From contig JAXGNB010000002.1 in the NCBI GenBank assembly GCA_040768265.1, positions 240,177 through 304,176 on the forward strand: DNA of 64,000 nt, given 5' to 3'. Below the pieces are notes generated by a model that saw only the letters and a list, made by a program, of their open reading frames with translations, ran no database searches and had not been told where the DNA came from. This document shows, piece by piece, positions 16,575-26,132 of the stretch (positions are counted from its first letter, which is position 1; each line of letters opens with the position of its first letter). A program made the translations under genes and the position numbers. This DNA comes from Anaerolineaceae bacterium. GTDB taxonomy: Bacteria > Chloroflexota > Anaerolineae > Anaerolineales > Anaerolineaceae.

Positions 16575-18317
16575 TCAGCCTTTTTCGGCCAGTTTGGCTT
16601 TGATACGCACTAAAGCCCTGTCCAACTCTGCCACTTTCAAAAGTTTTAACATCACACCGTAGCTGATCACCCCCAACGCCACACCCACGCCCAGGACCAG
16701 GAACTTGTTCAGAGCCCCAAACACGGACATCCATCCGACCAGCACCAAACCCATCGCGCTGCTTGCTGCCAGAGCTAAAAGCCCCGTTCGCAGGATTTGC
16801 TTGCCCCCGACACCCTGCAAACGCCGGCGCATGATCGCAAACAGAACCAGGCATTCCACCGCAGTTGCCGTGGTATTGGCCAGCGCCAGACCACCCAAAG
16901 GCAGCCATCCGATCCGGCTGAAAAGCCCGGAGAAGAAAAAGGAAAGTAGGATATTGCCCGTCATGGCTGCAGCCCCAACAAAAACCGGGGTCTTGGTGTC
17001 GTGCATGGCGTAAAAAGCCCGGCTCAACACTTCCACCAGGCTGTGTCCGGTTAATCCCAGGGCATACCATAGTAGCGCCCAGGCTACCATTTGGGTGGAT
17101 GTGGCGTCGAAGCTGCCGCGCTCATACAAAACCCGCACCAAAGGCACGCGTAAAAATACAAGCCCAATGGTCGCTGGCAGTGCCAGCAAAAGCATCACGC
17201 GAACAATGCTTGAGAGTGTCTGGCGAAAATCCGCAAATTTTCCCAGCTCCACCTGCGCTGAGAGCGTGGGCAGTGAGGCAATTCCAGCAGACTGCGCAAT
17301 CGCTGCCTGGGGCATCAGCATCAGCGTGAAGGCCCAGGTAAGCGCGCTTGCGGAACCTCCACCGAGCGAAAGACTGATGATGGTATTGGCCACAAAATTT
17401 AACTGCACGATGCCAGCGCCAAAAATTCGCGGCAGCATCAAGCGCAGCACTTTGCGTACTGGTCCGTCCCTGAAACCTGCCGAGAGTTCATAACCCCGGG
17501 CAGGCAGGCGCAACAGCGCCGGCAATTGCAACAACAAATGCCCACTTGCGCCCAAAACAGTCCCAAACGCCAGGCGATCAATCCCCCAGGAGGCTGGCAG
17601 CAGCCAAACCCCCAGGATAATGCCAAAGGAATAGGCTGCGGGTGCCAGCGCAGGCCACAAGAAGACCTGGTGCGCGTTCAGCATACCCATCACCAGACCG
17701 CTGATCCCAAAAATGATCACAGTAGGCAGCATGATTCGCAGCAGGCGGGCTGTCTCGGCCACCTGCGCGGCGCTTGAGTCTGGCACCAGCGCAAACAAAC
17801 CACGCTCCACCAGAAATGGCGCAAAGATCCACATCAGGCTTGAAACCACAATTAGCACGATCAAGACCGAATTGACCACGCCCGAAGCCAACCTCCAGGC
17901 ACCTTTTTGATCCTTGCGCGTCAGGAAACCAGTGAACATCGGGATGAAAGCCGAACCCAAAGCGCCTCCAGCCGTCAGGTTGAAAAGCAGCTCGGTCACA
18001 CGATTGGCGGCATTGAAGGAATCCAGCGAAACACTGGTGCCAAAAGCATGCGAGACGACCATGCCGCGCACAATACCAACCAGGGTGGTGAGTATGTAGG
18101 CAATCATCACAGTCCCAGCCGCGCGCGCGATCTGCCGCCCTGCCTGGGCAGTGCTTATGCCGCATACCTCACCAGTTGTTTCGGCTATCGTCAGGCGTGG
18201 CTCATTTTCGATTGGCGTCTTTGGCAAATTTTCGGAATTATCCACGATCCGCGTCCTCATTTGCTTTATGCTCGAAAGCCACCTTGGCAGCTTCCCAGAG
18301 CTGGTCCATTTCCTCAA
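16575..18317 (-). CDS. murJ: Lipid II flippase MurJ (MviN)
   Basis: About 14 TM helices and the MurJ N-terminal signature (IARAAGTVMIAYILTTLVGIVRGMVVSHAFGTS). The annotated start overlaps the upstream gene by 80 nt, so an internal start near 18260 is possible. Confidence 0.85.
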   Translation of the reverse strand: MRKWTSSGKLPRWLSSIKQMRTRIVDNSENLPKTPIENEPRLTIAETTGEVCGISTAQAGRQIARAAGTVMIAYILTTLVGIVRGMVVSHAFGTSVSLDSFNAANRVTELLFNLTAGGALGSAFIPMFTGFLTRKDQKGAWRLASGVVNSVLIVLIVVSSLMWIFAPFLVERGLFALVPDSSAAQVAETARLLRIMLPTVIIFGISGLVMGMLNAHQVFLWPALAPAAYSFGIILGVWLLPASWGIDRLAFGTVLGASGHLLLQLPALLRLPARGYELSAGFRDGPVRKVLRLMLPRIFGAGIVQLNFVANTIISLSLGGGSASALTWAFTLMLMPQAAIAQSAGIASLPTLSAQVELGKFADFRQTLSSIVRVMLLLALPATIGLVFLRVPLVRVLYERGSFDATSTQMVAWALLWYALGLTGHSLVEVLSRAFYAMHDTKTPVFVGAAAMTGNILLSFFFSGLFSRIGWLPLGGLALANTTATAVECLVLFAIMRRRLQGVGGKQILRTGLLALAASSAMGLVLVGWMSVFGALNKFLVLGVGVALGVISYGVMLKLLKVAELDRALVRIKAKLAEKG

Positions 18318-19752
18318 AGCTCAACTGGTCAACGCTCCTGCCCTGCTCTTGAGCCTTCTTTTCAATATAGGCAAAGCGCTTGCGGAAGCGCAGGTTGGTT
18401 TCACGCAGGGCGATTTCGGGGTCAACCTTCAACCAGCGCACCAGGTTCACCACCGCAAACAGCATATCTCCGGCTTCAGCCTGCCGCTCTTCATCTGTTT
18501 GAGCATCGCGCAGCTCGCCAAGCTCTTCGTGCAACTTGGCAATCACGGGTTCAATGGTGTGCCAGTCGAAGCCCACGCGTTTTGCCCGGCGCTGAATTTG
18601 ATTCGCCTGCGAAAGCGCCGGCAGGCTCAGAGGAATGCCGTCCAACATGCCTTTTTGGCTTTCGCCTTTGTTTTTGCGCTCATCGGCTTTGATCTTCTCC
18701 CAGTTGGTGAGCACTTTATCCACAGAATCCGCTGCGATATCCGAAAAAACGTGCGGGTGCCTCCGGATCAGTTTGGAATTGATGCCCTGCAAAACATCAG
18801 TCATCAGGAAGTCTTCATCCTCAGTTGCAATCTGGGCGTGCAATCCGATCTGCAGCAGGAGATCTCCCAATTCCTCCCGCAGGTGCTGGCTGTCTTCCTG
18901 GTCCAGTGCTTCCAAAACCTCGTATGCCTCTTCCAAGAGGTAGGGGCGCAAGCTCAGATGGGTTTGCTCACGATCCCAGGGGCAGCCGTCATGCCGTCTG
19001 AGCCGGGCAATGATCTGCTGAAAATCCTCAAATGATGCTCCCTGGCGCAAGGGCGGCAGGTAGAGGCAGCTCATCATACCCAAATGAAGGGACTGGTCGA
19101 TCTCATAAAGCGCCAGTTTCTCGACAATTTCGTCCGAAGTGCCGGCATTGTGCACCAGCATCACAGGATGTTCCTGGGGGTAATTTGCCATCAGGGTCAG
19201 CTTGAGCTCGCTGGCTTCCAAGCTGTTTTCCAACTGCGAAATAATGGCCGGAATAGTTGGAGGAAAGGAAGGCACTTCGAGCCCTGCCAGGTGCAGTGCG
19301 TCTGCCAGCACCATCTGGGGATGCAGGTCGATCCCCAATGCCGAACATACCGGTTCGATAAAGCTGAGGCCGTCAATCAGTCGGATTGGCAAATCACTGC
19401 CTTCAACCGACTTCATAATCTCACTGACTGTCTCTTCCGCCACAAACGGACTGCCTGGCACGCCGTAGGTAACGCCTTGCTCACGTTTGCCCAAATCCAC
19501 AACCTGCCGGACAATCGCTTCAAGTACCACGCCGATATCATCATTGGAATCGTAAATCTCATCAAAACTGCGCACAACTAAGCCTTCCGGTAATCCCGCT
19601 ACGGCAGGATGGAATTTCGTGCGCAGCCAGAGCTCATCACACCCTTCAAGATGAGCCCAGGCTTCACGGGTCAGGTATTCTGCCCCTGCCGGTCCTAATC
19701 CAACAATGGTAATTCCTCGTCCTGTCATCAATTCAGCTTCCTCGATAAACAT
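18238..19752 (-). CDS. mazG: YabN-type fusion: tetrapyrrole-methylase-like N-domain plus MazG nucleoside triphosphate pyrophosphohydrolase
   Basis: The N-terminus ITIVGLGPAG resembles the TP_methylase fold. The C-terminal half has tandem MazG repeats (RLRRHDGCPWDREQTH; EEAYEVLEA; ELGDLLLQI; EELGELRDA). Confidence 0.8.
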   Translation of the reverse strand: MFIEEAELMTGRGITIVGLGPAGAEYLTREAWAHLEGCDELWLRTKFHPAVAGLPEGLVVRSFDEIYDSNDDIGVVLEAIVRQVVDLGKREQGVTYGVPGSPFVAEETVSEIMKSVEGSDLPIRLIDGLSFIEPVCSALGIDLHPQMVLADALHLAGLEVPSFPPTIPAIISQLENSLEASELKLTLMANYPQEHPVMLVHNAGTSDEIVEKLALYEIDQSLHLGMMSCLYLPPLRQGASFEDFQQIIARLRRHDGCPWDREQTHLSLRPYLLEEAYEVLEALDQEDSQHLREELGDLLLQIGLHAQIATEDEDFLMTDVLQGINSKLIRRHPHVFSDIAADSVDKVLTNWEKIKADERKNKGESQKGMLDGIPLSLPALSQANQIQRRAKRVGFDWHTIEPVIAKLHEELGELRDAQTDEERQAEAGDMLFAVVNLVRWLKVDPEIALRETNLRFRKRFAYIEKKAQEQGRSVDQLSFEEMDQLWEAAKVAFEHKANEDADRG

Positions 19753-19754
19753 GC

Positions 19755-19787
19755 AAAGGCTGCCCAGCTTAACTTGGGCAGCCTTTT
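19755..19787 (-). terminator. Hairpin downstream of rpsI, a possible operon terminator
   Basis: AAAGGCTGCCCA-gcttaact-TGGGCAGCCTTT, a 12-bp stem. The T-tract on the minus strand is weak. Confidence 0.4.
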
Positions 19788-19844
19788 AATTGTAACATTT
19801 CCCGATTCCAACATACCAGGCAAGCTGGCAGGTGGGAACCCAAA

Positions 19845-20237
19845 CTAACGCTTGGTGTAGGTAGGAGCCTTACGGGCGCGCTTAAGACCTGGCTTCTTGC
19901 GTTCCTTCACGCGTGCGTCGCGCGTCAGCAAACCTTCGGCGCGCAGCGCGGGGCGTACACTCTCGTCTGCAGAGACGAGTGCGCGTGCCAAACCGAGTTT
20001 GACCGCGTCGCGCTGACCGCTGATACCGCCACCCTGTACCTTGACGGTGACATCAAAGGCATTGATGCTCTGACCAGTGACCTCGATTGCATTCAGAATC
20101 GCAGGAGCATCACCAGCCCGCGGAAAGTAATCAGTCAGGGGCTTCTCGTTGACAGTAAAAGTGCCGCTGCCAGGATAAACCCTCACGCGGGCGGTACTTT
20201 CTTTGCGTCGTCCAACTGCTTCTATGTATTGTGCCAT
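19845..20237 (-). CDS. rpsI: 30S ribosomal protein S9
   Basis: 130 aa, GRRKESTARVRV...KKPGLKRARKAPTYTKR. Confidence 0.95.
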   Translation of the reverse strand: MAQYIEAVGRRKESTARVRVYPGSGTFTVNEKPLTDYFPRAGDAPAILNAIEVTGQSINAFDVTVKVQGGGISGQRDAVKLGLARALVSADESVRPALRAEGLLTRDARVKERKKPGLKRARKAPTYTKR

Positions 20238-20249
20238 AATTCCTCTTTA

Positions 20250-20735
20250 CTACTTTTCAAAAATTGGCTGGGGGTTTTGACCCTGGTGGGGGTGTTCGGA
20301 ACCAGCATAAATTTTCAGATTGTCAAGATAACGCGCGGTCAGGCGGTTTTTGGGAAGCATCCCGCGTACCGCAAAACGAATAACGCGATCCGGATGGGTT
20401 TCCATCTGGCGCTTAAAACTTACTTCGTGCAAACCACCGGGATAACCTGAGTGTCGATAGTACTTCTTCTCTTCCTCGCGGGTTTGGTTGACGCTGATCT
20501 GCTCGGCATTAATTACGACTACATGATCATCAAGAACCACACCGGGGGTGTAATCCGGGCGATGTTTGCCAATTAACAGCGCTGCAATTTTGGTCGCCAA
20601 ACGACCAAGGGTCTGACCGGAGGCATCCACCAGATACCACTCTCCAGTCACGTTTCCTTTAGGAATGTATGTTTTTTCCACTTTTACTTCTCCGTTTTCA
20701 AAATACATACCCGGCCTTGCAGGCTGGGCAAACAA
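20250..20735 (-). CDS. rplM: 50S ribosomal protein L13
   Basis: WYLVDASGQTLGRLATKIAALLIGKHRPDYTP...YYRHSGYPGG. The true start may lie downstream of the ORF start. Confidence 0.92.
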   Translation of the reverse strand: MFAQPARPGMYFENGEVKVEKTYIPKGNVTGEWYLVDASGQTLGRLATKIAALLIGKHRPDYTPGVVLDDHVVVINAEQISVNQTREEEKKYYRHSGYPGGLHEVSFKRQMETHPDRVIRFAVRGMLPKNRLTARYLDNLKIYAGSEHPHQGQNPQPIFEK

Positions 20736-20739
20736 TCTT

Positions 20740-21483
20740 CTATTTATCCTCGTTAAAGGTCACTGCTTCCAATGTCAGTCCCCTGGCAGGTGCCAGGCTG
20801 ACGATGCCGGTACTGCCACGTTCAAGCCCAAGCCGCACCGTTTCAACTGGAAGATCACCAAGACCAATTCTTACCAAAACGTACACAATCCGGCGCACCA
20901 TATGATAGAGAAAAGCATTGCCCACAATCGTGAAGCGCATGCCATCTTCCTCTTCCAGCCAATCCGCCGAAAAGATCCGCCGGGTTGTGGTGGCGCCTTC
21001 TTTCAGCGCCTTGCCAAAAGCGATAAAATCGTGCTCTCCAAGCAGATCATTTGCTGCTGCTTGCATTCGCGCAATCTCCGGCTTGCGTTCAAGACGCCAG
21101 GCGTACCTGTCTCGCAGGGGGTCGCGTGCGGATTGCCAATAAAGTTGATAACAATACTGGCGGCTAAGCGCATCGTAGCGGGGATGAAATTCCGCTGCCA
21201 CCTGCGCCACACTCTGCACCGCGATATCTGCCGGCAAAAAGGCATTCAAGGCATTTTGCAGGTCAGTGTCGGGGTGTTTCCAGTCCAGATTGAAACTGAT
21301 CACCTGCCCCCTGGCATGCACACCGCTATCGGTGCGCCCCGAGGGCATAATTGCCCTGCCTTGCCATCCCAAGCGCCTCAGTGCCTCCTCAAAGGTCGCC
21401 TGGACGCTGGTTTTGATTGCCTGCCGTTGAAAGCCGTTGTAATTCGTGCCGTCGTAAGCGAGGATAAGTTTGTAATGTGCCAT
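20740..21483 (-). CDS. truA: tRNA pseudouridine(38-40) synthase
   Basis: YKLILAYDGTNYNGFQRQ, the catalytic GRTDSGVHARGQV and FLYHMVRRIV. Confidence 0.92.
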   Translation of the reverse strand: MAHYKLILAYDGTNYNGFQRQAIKTSVQATFEEALRRLGWQGRAIMPSGRTDSGVHARGQVISFNLDWKHPDTDLQNALNAFLPADIAVQSVAQVAAEFHPRYDALSRQYCYQLYWQSARDPLRDRYAWRLERKPEIARMQAAANDLLGEHDFIAFGKALKEGATTTRRIFSADWLEEEDGMRFTIVGNAFLYHMVRRIVYVLVRIGLGDLPVETVRLGLERGSTGIVSLAPARGLTLEAVTFNEDK

Positions 21484-21527
21484 GCCTTTCGCTTTCTCGT
21501 GAAAGGCTAATCTTTCTACCCGACTGC

Positions 21528-21911
21528 CTACTCGCTCACCAACTCAAGCAGTACCATCTCAGCGTTGTCGCCGAGCCTGGGTCCAAGTTTGAGCAGACGC
21601 GTGTAGCCGCCCTTGCGGGTTGAAAAACGCGGAGCGATGTCATCAAATAATTTCTTGACAATTTCATTGCTGTTATTGCCAAGGCTGGCTGCCGCCTGCC
21701 GGCGCGCGTTCATCTTCAACGTATCGTCGCCTTTTTGCGCGTTACGTGCCAGCGTGATCAACTTTTCAGCGTCTGGCTGAATGGACTTTGCCTTAGCCAG
21801 TGTAGTTTGTATCTTTTCATGCTCGAACAGTTGTTTGATCATAGTCTTCCGCATGGAAGTACGATGACCCATACTTCTATTGAGCCGGTATCCCTTAACT
21901 TGATGCCGCAT
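21528..21911 (-). CDS. rplQ: 50S ribosomal protein L17
   Basis: MRHQVKGYRLNRSMGHRTSMRKTMIKQLFEHEKIQTT. Confidence 0.95.
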   Translation of the reverse strand: MRHQVKGYRLNRSMGHRTSMRKTMIKQLFEHEKIQTTLAKAKSIQPDAEKLITLARNAQKGDDTLKMNARRQAAASLGNNSNEIVKKLFDDIAPRFSTRKGGYTRLLKLGPRLGDNAEMVLLELVSE

Positions 21912-21917
21912 ATCCTC

Positions 21918-22883
21918 TTACTCCACTTCTTCTTTTTCCAAATAGCCTTTTTCGACCATAGCATCTTTCAGCTCTGTCAAACTCTTGTCACCGAAATTTC
22001 GGATGGACAGCATGGCGCTCTCGCCTTTTTCCAGCAGGTCCAGCACATCACCAACAGTGGTGATGCCCGTTCGCTTCAAGGCGTTGAAGACGCGCACAGT
22101 CAGATCCAGGGCTTCAATCGGAGTTTCGATGACGTCCTTGCTCACCAGCGGGGTTTCAACCTCAGCCTGGATCACAGGCTTGACGAGTTCATCTTCTGTT
22201 GTTCCGCTGATGATGAGCAATTGCTCCATCAGGCGCTGCGATGATTCGATCAGTGCCTTCTCCGGAGAGAGTGTGCCATCAGTCCAAATTTCAAGCTGCA
22301 GGCGATCAAAGTTGGTGCTCTGTCCAACACGGGCGTTTGCCACGCTCCAATTTACGCGCCTGACCGGCGAGAATATTGCGTCCACAGGCAGCACACCAAT
22401 CGGCAGTCTGTCGGCGCGGTCGCCCGCAGGAAGATAACCCCTGCCAGTTTCCACCGTCATATCCATCTCTACGTGTGCATCCTTTTCATTGATGCTGAAC
22501 AAATAGAGATCGGGGTTGACGACTTCCACCTCAGGAGGACAGCGCAAATCTGCCGCTGTGATTGTGCCTTCGCCCTTTACGTCCAGACTGATTGTGGCGC
22601 TCTCAACGTTGTGCAGTTTGAAGCGCAGAAGTTTCATCTGCAGCATAACCTGAATAACGTCTTCGCGGACACCTTTAATGGTGCTGAATTCGTGCATCAC
22701 GTCGGTAATGCGCACTGAGCTTACCGCGGCACCCTTCAAAGAAGAGAGCAGGGTTCTGCGCAGAGCATTTCCCAATGTGACACCGAAACCACGATCAAGC
22801 GGGCTGATCGTAAATTTTCCATAGTCTCGGGACTCTTCAGTCCGTTCAATTTTTGGTGTTACCATTTCCATATTTCCTGTCAC
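21918..22883 (-). CDS. rpoA: DNA-directed RNA polymerase alpha subunit
   Basis: GVTLGNALRRTLLSSL in the N-terminal domain and a C-terminal domain with VRVFNALKRTGITTVGDV. Confidence 0.95.
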   Translation of the reverse strand: MTGNMEMVTPKIERTEESRDYGKFTISPLDRGFGVTLGNALRRTLLSSLKGAAVSSVRITDVMHEFSTIKGVREDVIQVMLQMKLLRFKLHNVESATISLDVKGEGTITAADLRCPPEVEVVNPDLYLFSINEKDAHVEMDMTVETGRGYLPAGDRADRLPIGVLPVDAIFSPVRRVNWSVANARVGQSTNFDRLQLEIWTDGTLSPEKALIESSQRLMEQLLIISGTTEDELVKPVIQAEVETPLVSKDVIETPIEALDLTVRVFNALKRTGITTVGDVLDLLEKGESAMLSIRNFGDKSLTELKDAMVEKGYLEKEEVE

Positions 22884-22934
22884 GGTTGCCCCTAACCAGT
22901 CTAACGATTAAGTAAGACTGAACTAGTTCTTCGA

Positions 22935-23573
22935 TTAGCGTGAGTAGTACTCAACAACCAATTGCTCGTTGAGATTGCCATCAATTTCTGAACGTTCGGG
23001 GTTACGCAGCATCCGACCTGAAAGATTGGTCAAGTCGCGAGCCAACCAGGTTGGCACGGTGCGTCCTTCGGCTTCTTCACGTAAATTCTTGAAGTAGACG
23101 TTTTCCTTGGACGTTTCTTTCACAGTGATGACATCATCGACGTTGACACCAAAAGAATGGACATCAGCGCGCTGACCGTTCACCAAAAAGTGACCATGGG
23201 CCACCAGGATGCGTGCCTGGGCACGGCTGGCTGCAAAACCAAGTCGATAGATCACGTTGTCCAGCCTGGTCTCCAGGATGGTCAACAAGTTTGGACCAGT
23301 CTGACCGCGCATGCGCAAAGCCTGACCGTAAAAACGGCGGAACTGGCGTTCGTAAATCCCGTATACCCGGCGAACCTTCTGCTTGGCGCGCAATTGCTTG
23401 CCATAGTCAGATTCACGCCCAGGGCGACCGGCGTTCATTTTTCCATGCATGCCAGGAGCATAGCTGCGTTTCTCAAAAGAGCATTTAGGTGTATAACAAC
23501 GCTCTCCCTTGAGGAACAACTTTTCGCCTTCCCGGCGGCATAAACGACAAACTGCTTCTGTATATCTAGCCAT
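22935..23573 (-). CDS. rpsD: 30S ribosomal protein S4
   Basis: [26 protein letters not shown], followed by an S4 RNA-binding domain. Confidence 0.95.
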   Translation of the reverse strand: MARYTEAVCRLCRREGEKLFLKGERCYTPKCSFEKRSYAPGMHGKMNAGRPGRESDYGKQLRAKQKVRRVYGIYERQFRRFYGQALRMRGQTGPNLLTILETRLDNVIYRLGFAASRAQARILVAHGHFLVNGQRADVHSFGVNVDDVITVKETSKENVYFKNLREEAEGRTVPTWLARDLTNLSGRMLRNPERSEIDGNLNEQLVVEYYSR

Positions 23574-23596
23574 CTTAATAATTTCCTTTTTATTGA

Positions 23597-24001
23597 TTAC
23601 ACGCGGCGTTTCTTGGGAGGTCGGCAGCCGTTATGGGGTACGGGCGTCAGATCTGTGATCATGCGCACACGAATACCCAATGATTGGACTGCACGAATAG
23701 CAGCTTCCCGACCAGGACCAGGGCCCTTGACGAACATTTCAACTTCCTGAAGACCCATCTGCTGGGCTGTCTTCACGGTTTGCTCGGCTGCAAGTCTTGC
23801 AGCAAATGGGGTGCTTTTGCGCGATCCTTTAAAACCAGCTGACCCGGAACTTCCCCAGCAAATGGTATTGCCTTGCAGGTCCGTGATGGTCACAATGGTG
23901 TTATTGAAGGATGCAAAGACGTGCACCTGTCCTGTCGAAATCTGGCGCTTGACCTTACGCGAAGTGGTCGTTCGCCGCGCTTTACGTGCTTGTTTTGCCA
24001 T
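23597..24001 (-). CDS. rpsK: 30S ribosomal protein S11
   Basis: [22 protein letters not shown]...[13 protein letters not shown]. Confidence 0.95.
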   Translation of the reverse strand: MAKQARKARRTTTSRKVKRQISTGQVHVFASFNNTIVTITDLQGNTICWGSSGSAGFKGSRKSTPFAARLAAEQTVKTAQQMGLQEVEMFVKGPGPGREAAIRAVQSLGIRVRMITDLTPVPHNGCRPPKKRRV

Positions 24002-24103
24002 AATTCTTCCTCACTAAATCTTTACATGTCTGTCACAGCAGAGCTTCAGGTTGCCGCTGGGGAGAAAGGGAACCCCACCCCAAGCCTGCTGGTCAGTTCA
24101 TTA

Positions 24104-24493
24104 CTATTTCTTGGTCGCTCCACGGCGGCGTCCACGACCAGCGACTGTGCGCTTGGGACCCTTGCGTGTGCGTGCGTTGGTGCGGGTGTTTTGACCCCGC
24201 AGGGGCAGATTGCGGCGGTGGCGCAAGCCACGATAGCAGCCAATCTCAACCAAACGCTTAATGTTCATTTGGACTTCACGACGCAGGTCACCTTCGACCT
24301 TGATGTTCTGTCCGATGAAATCACGGAGTTTTGACACTTCGGCTTCGGGTAAATCTTTCACCCGGATATCAGGATCAACACCAGTAGCTGCCAGAATTGC
24401 ATCCGCAGTTCTTGGTCCGATACCATAGATATACCGCAAACCGATCTGAATGCGCTTATTGCGCGGGAGGTCAACACCTTCTATACGAGCCAT
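24104..24493 (-). CDS. rpsM: 30S ribosomal protein S13
   Basis: The true start is [14 protein letters not shown], with its ATG at 24493-24491. The 158-aa track ORF (to 24580) is an artefactual 5' extension that overlaps rpmJ. Confidence 0.93.
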   Translation of the reverse strand: MARIEGVDLPRNKRIQIGLRYIYGIGPRTADAILAATGVDPDIRVKDLPEAEVSKLRDFIGQNIKVEGDLRREVQMNIKRLVEIGCYRGLRHRRNLPLRGQNTRTNARTRKGPKRTVAGRGRRRGATKK

Positions 24494-24504
24494 ATTATGA
24501 TTCC

Positions 24505-24618
24505 TTATCCTTGTCGCTGCTTGTGGCGGGTATTGGTACAAATAACATAAAGCCGACCGTCTCTTTTGACGATCTTGCACTTGTTACAGCGTTTCTTTAT
24601 CGATGCTGATACTTTCAT
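24505..24618 (-). CDS. rpmJ: 50S ribosomal protein L36
   Basis: Not in the ORF track because it is too short. My translation is [37 protein letters not shown] (37 aa), with a GAAGGAG RBS upstream. Confidence 0.9.
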   Translation of the reverse strand: MKVSASIKKRCNKCKIVKRDGRLYVICTNTRHKQRQG

Positions 24619-24689
24619 CAGTTCTTACTCCTTCTTCTATCCGCAAAACAACTATTATATCTTTATCGTTCATTATTGGCAAGGTTTGG

Positions 24690-25463
24690 CTATAAACTGG
24701 TCAGAACCAGCGGGCCTTCCTTGCTTATTGCAATCGTATTTTCCTGGTGCGCCGTCAGCTTCCTGTTTACTGAAACAACCGTCCACTGATTGCGCAATGT
24801 CTTGGTGCGCCGTGTTCCAATAAGCACCATCGGTTCAATCGCGATCGTCATGCCTTCACGCAGCAAAAAACCCTGCCCTGGCACGCCATAGTTGGTCAGT
24901 TGCGGGCTTTCGTGCATCTCACGCCCAACCCCATGACCGGTGTAGGTATGGGTACTCATGAAGCCCTGGCTTTCCACGTAAGCTTCAATTGCCGATCCAA
25001 CATCACCGCTGCGATTACCCGGCAGCATCAATGACGTGGCAATTTCCAGCGCCTTTTTGGTCACATCGATCAAATGCTGAGCTTCTGCTGAGATCTCACC
25101 AACACCGACCGTAAAAGCCGAATCACCAATGAAACCCTCATAAACCGTCCCGCAATCAACCGAAATGATGTCGCCTTCTTTTAACTTGCGTTTGCCGGGA
25201 ATGCCATGCACCATTTCTTCATTGATGCTGGTGCAGATACTCCCCGGGAAGGGCACGCCATTTCCAGGATCATAATTCTTAAAGGGCGAGTAAACACCAT
25301 GAGCCCGCTGGAAACTTTCCGCAACCTCATTGAGTTCACCTGTCGTCACGCCTGGTCTGATCTCCGCCTTGACCGCTTCGAGGGTCTGGGCGTTCAAACG
25401 ACCAGCTTCCCGCATCAGGGCAATTTCCGCGCCTGACTTGAGATTGATACTATTTTCAAACAC
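24690..25463 (-). CDS. map: Type I methionine aminopeptidase
   Basis: FPGSICTSINEEMVHGIP, DIISVDCG, YTGHGVGREMHE and TIAIEP, the metal-ligand motifs. Confidence 0.93.
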   Translation of the reverse strand: MFENSINLKSGAEIALMREAGRLNAQTLEAVKAEIRPGVTTGELNEVAESFQRAHGVYSPFKNYDPGNGVPFPGSICTSINEEMVHGIPGKRKLKEGDIISVDCGTVYEGFIGDSAFTVGVGEISAEAQHLIDVTKKALEIATSLMLPGNRSGDVGSAIEAYVESQGFMSTHTYTGHGVGREMHESPQLTNYGVPGQGFLLREGMTIAIEPMVLIGTRRTKTLRNQWTVVSVNRKLTAHQENTIAISKEGPLVLTSL

Positions 25464-26116
25464 TATGCCACAGCTTTCAGCAAATCTTCTGTGACTTGCT
25501 CAATTTCCTGTGTGCCATCTATCTCGATCAGCGTCCCCGCCTGACGATAATAATCAATCAGAGGGGAGGTTTGGTCGTAGTACACATTGATACGGTGCAA
25601 GACCGTTTCGGGCTTGTCGTCGTCGCGCTGATAAAGCGGGGTGCCATCCACGTCATCCACCCACTTAACCTTGGGGGGGTTGTAGAGCGCGTGATAAACG
25701 CGCCCCGCGTGGCTCATCCACCGACCACTCAGACGTTCAACCAACACTTCATTCGGCACGCTGATGAAAGGCACAAAATCCACCTTTCCACCAATCTCAG
25801 CCAAAAGATCTTCGAACGCTTCAGCCTGTGCCGGAGTGCGTGGAAAACCGTCCATCACGGCCCCTTTGGCACAATCCGGTCTTGAAAGGCGTTCTCTTAC
25901 CATCTCGATGGTAACCCCATCCGGCACCAGTTCGCCTTTGACCATGTAACTTGAAGCCAACTTACCCAGCTCAGTCTCCTGGCTGAGATTCTCCCGGAAG
26001 AGATCCCCGGTCGAAACGTGAACCAGACCCAGCTTTACCGCCAGGATCTTAGCCTGAGTGCCTTTGCCAGCTCCCGGAGGACCCAGCATGACAATATAAG
26101 TTGCTTTCTCGTTCAT
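25463..26116 (-). CDS. adk: Adenylate kinase
   Basis: P-loop LGPPGAGKGTQA, then GDLFRE and MDGFPRT. Confidence 0.95.
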   Translation of the reverse strand: MNEKATYIVMLGPPGAGKGTQAKILAVKLGLVHVSTGDLFRENLSQETELGKLASSYMVKGELVPDGVTIEMVRERLSRPDCAKGAVMDGFPRTPAQAEAFEDLLAEIGGKVDFVPFISVPNEVLVERLSGRWMSHAGRVYHALYNPPKVKWVDDVDGTPLYQRDDDKPETVLHRINVYYDQTSPLIDYYRQAGTLIEIDGTQEIEQVTEDLLKAVA

Positions 26117-26132
26117 CTTCTAACTCTCCAGC

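Noticed and set aside
16525-19035. Several long ORFs overlapping murJ and mazG (16525-17070, 17578-18165, 17907-18692, 18151-19035)
   Set aside because: They are alternative-frame or antisense shadows in GC-rich coding DNA. They are Arg/Gly/Cys/Trp-rich and match no recognisable family.
20665-21510. 281-aa plus-strand ORF
   Set aside because: It is antisense to truA.
24494-24580. 29-codon N-terminal extension of rpsM in the ORF track
   Set aside because: It overlaps the L36 gene (24505-24618). The canonical S13 N-terminus [10 protein letters not shown] starts at 24493.
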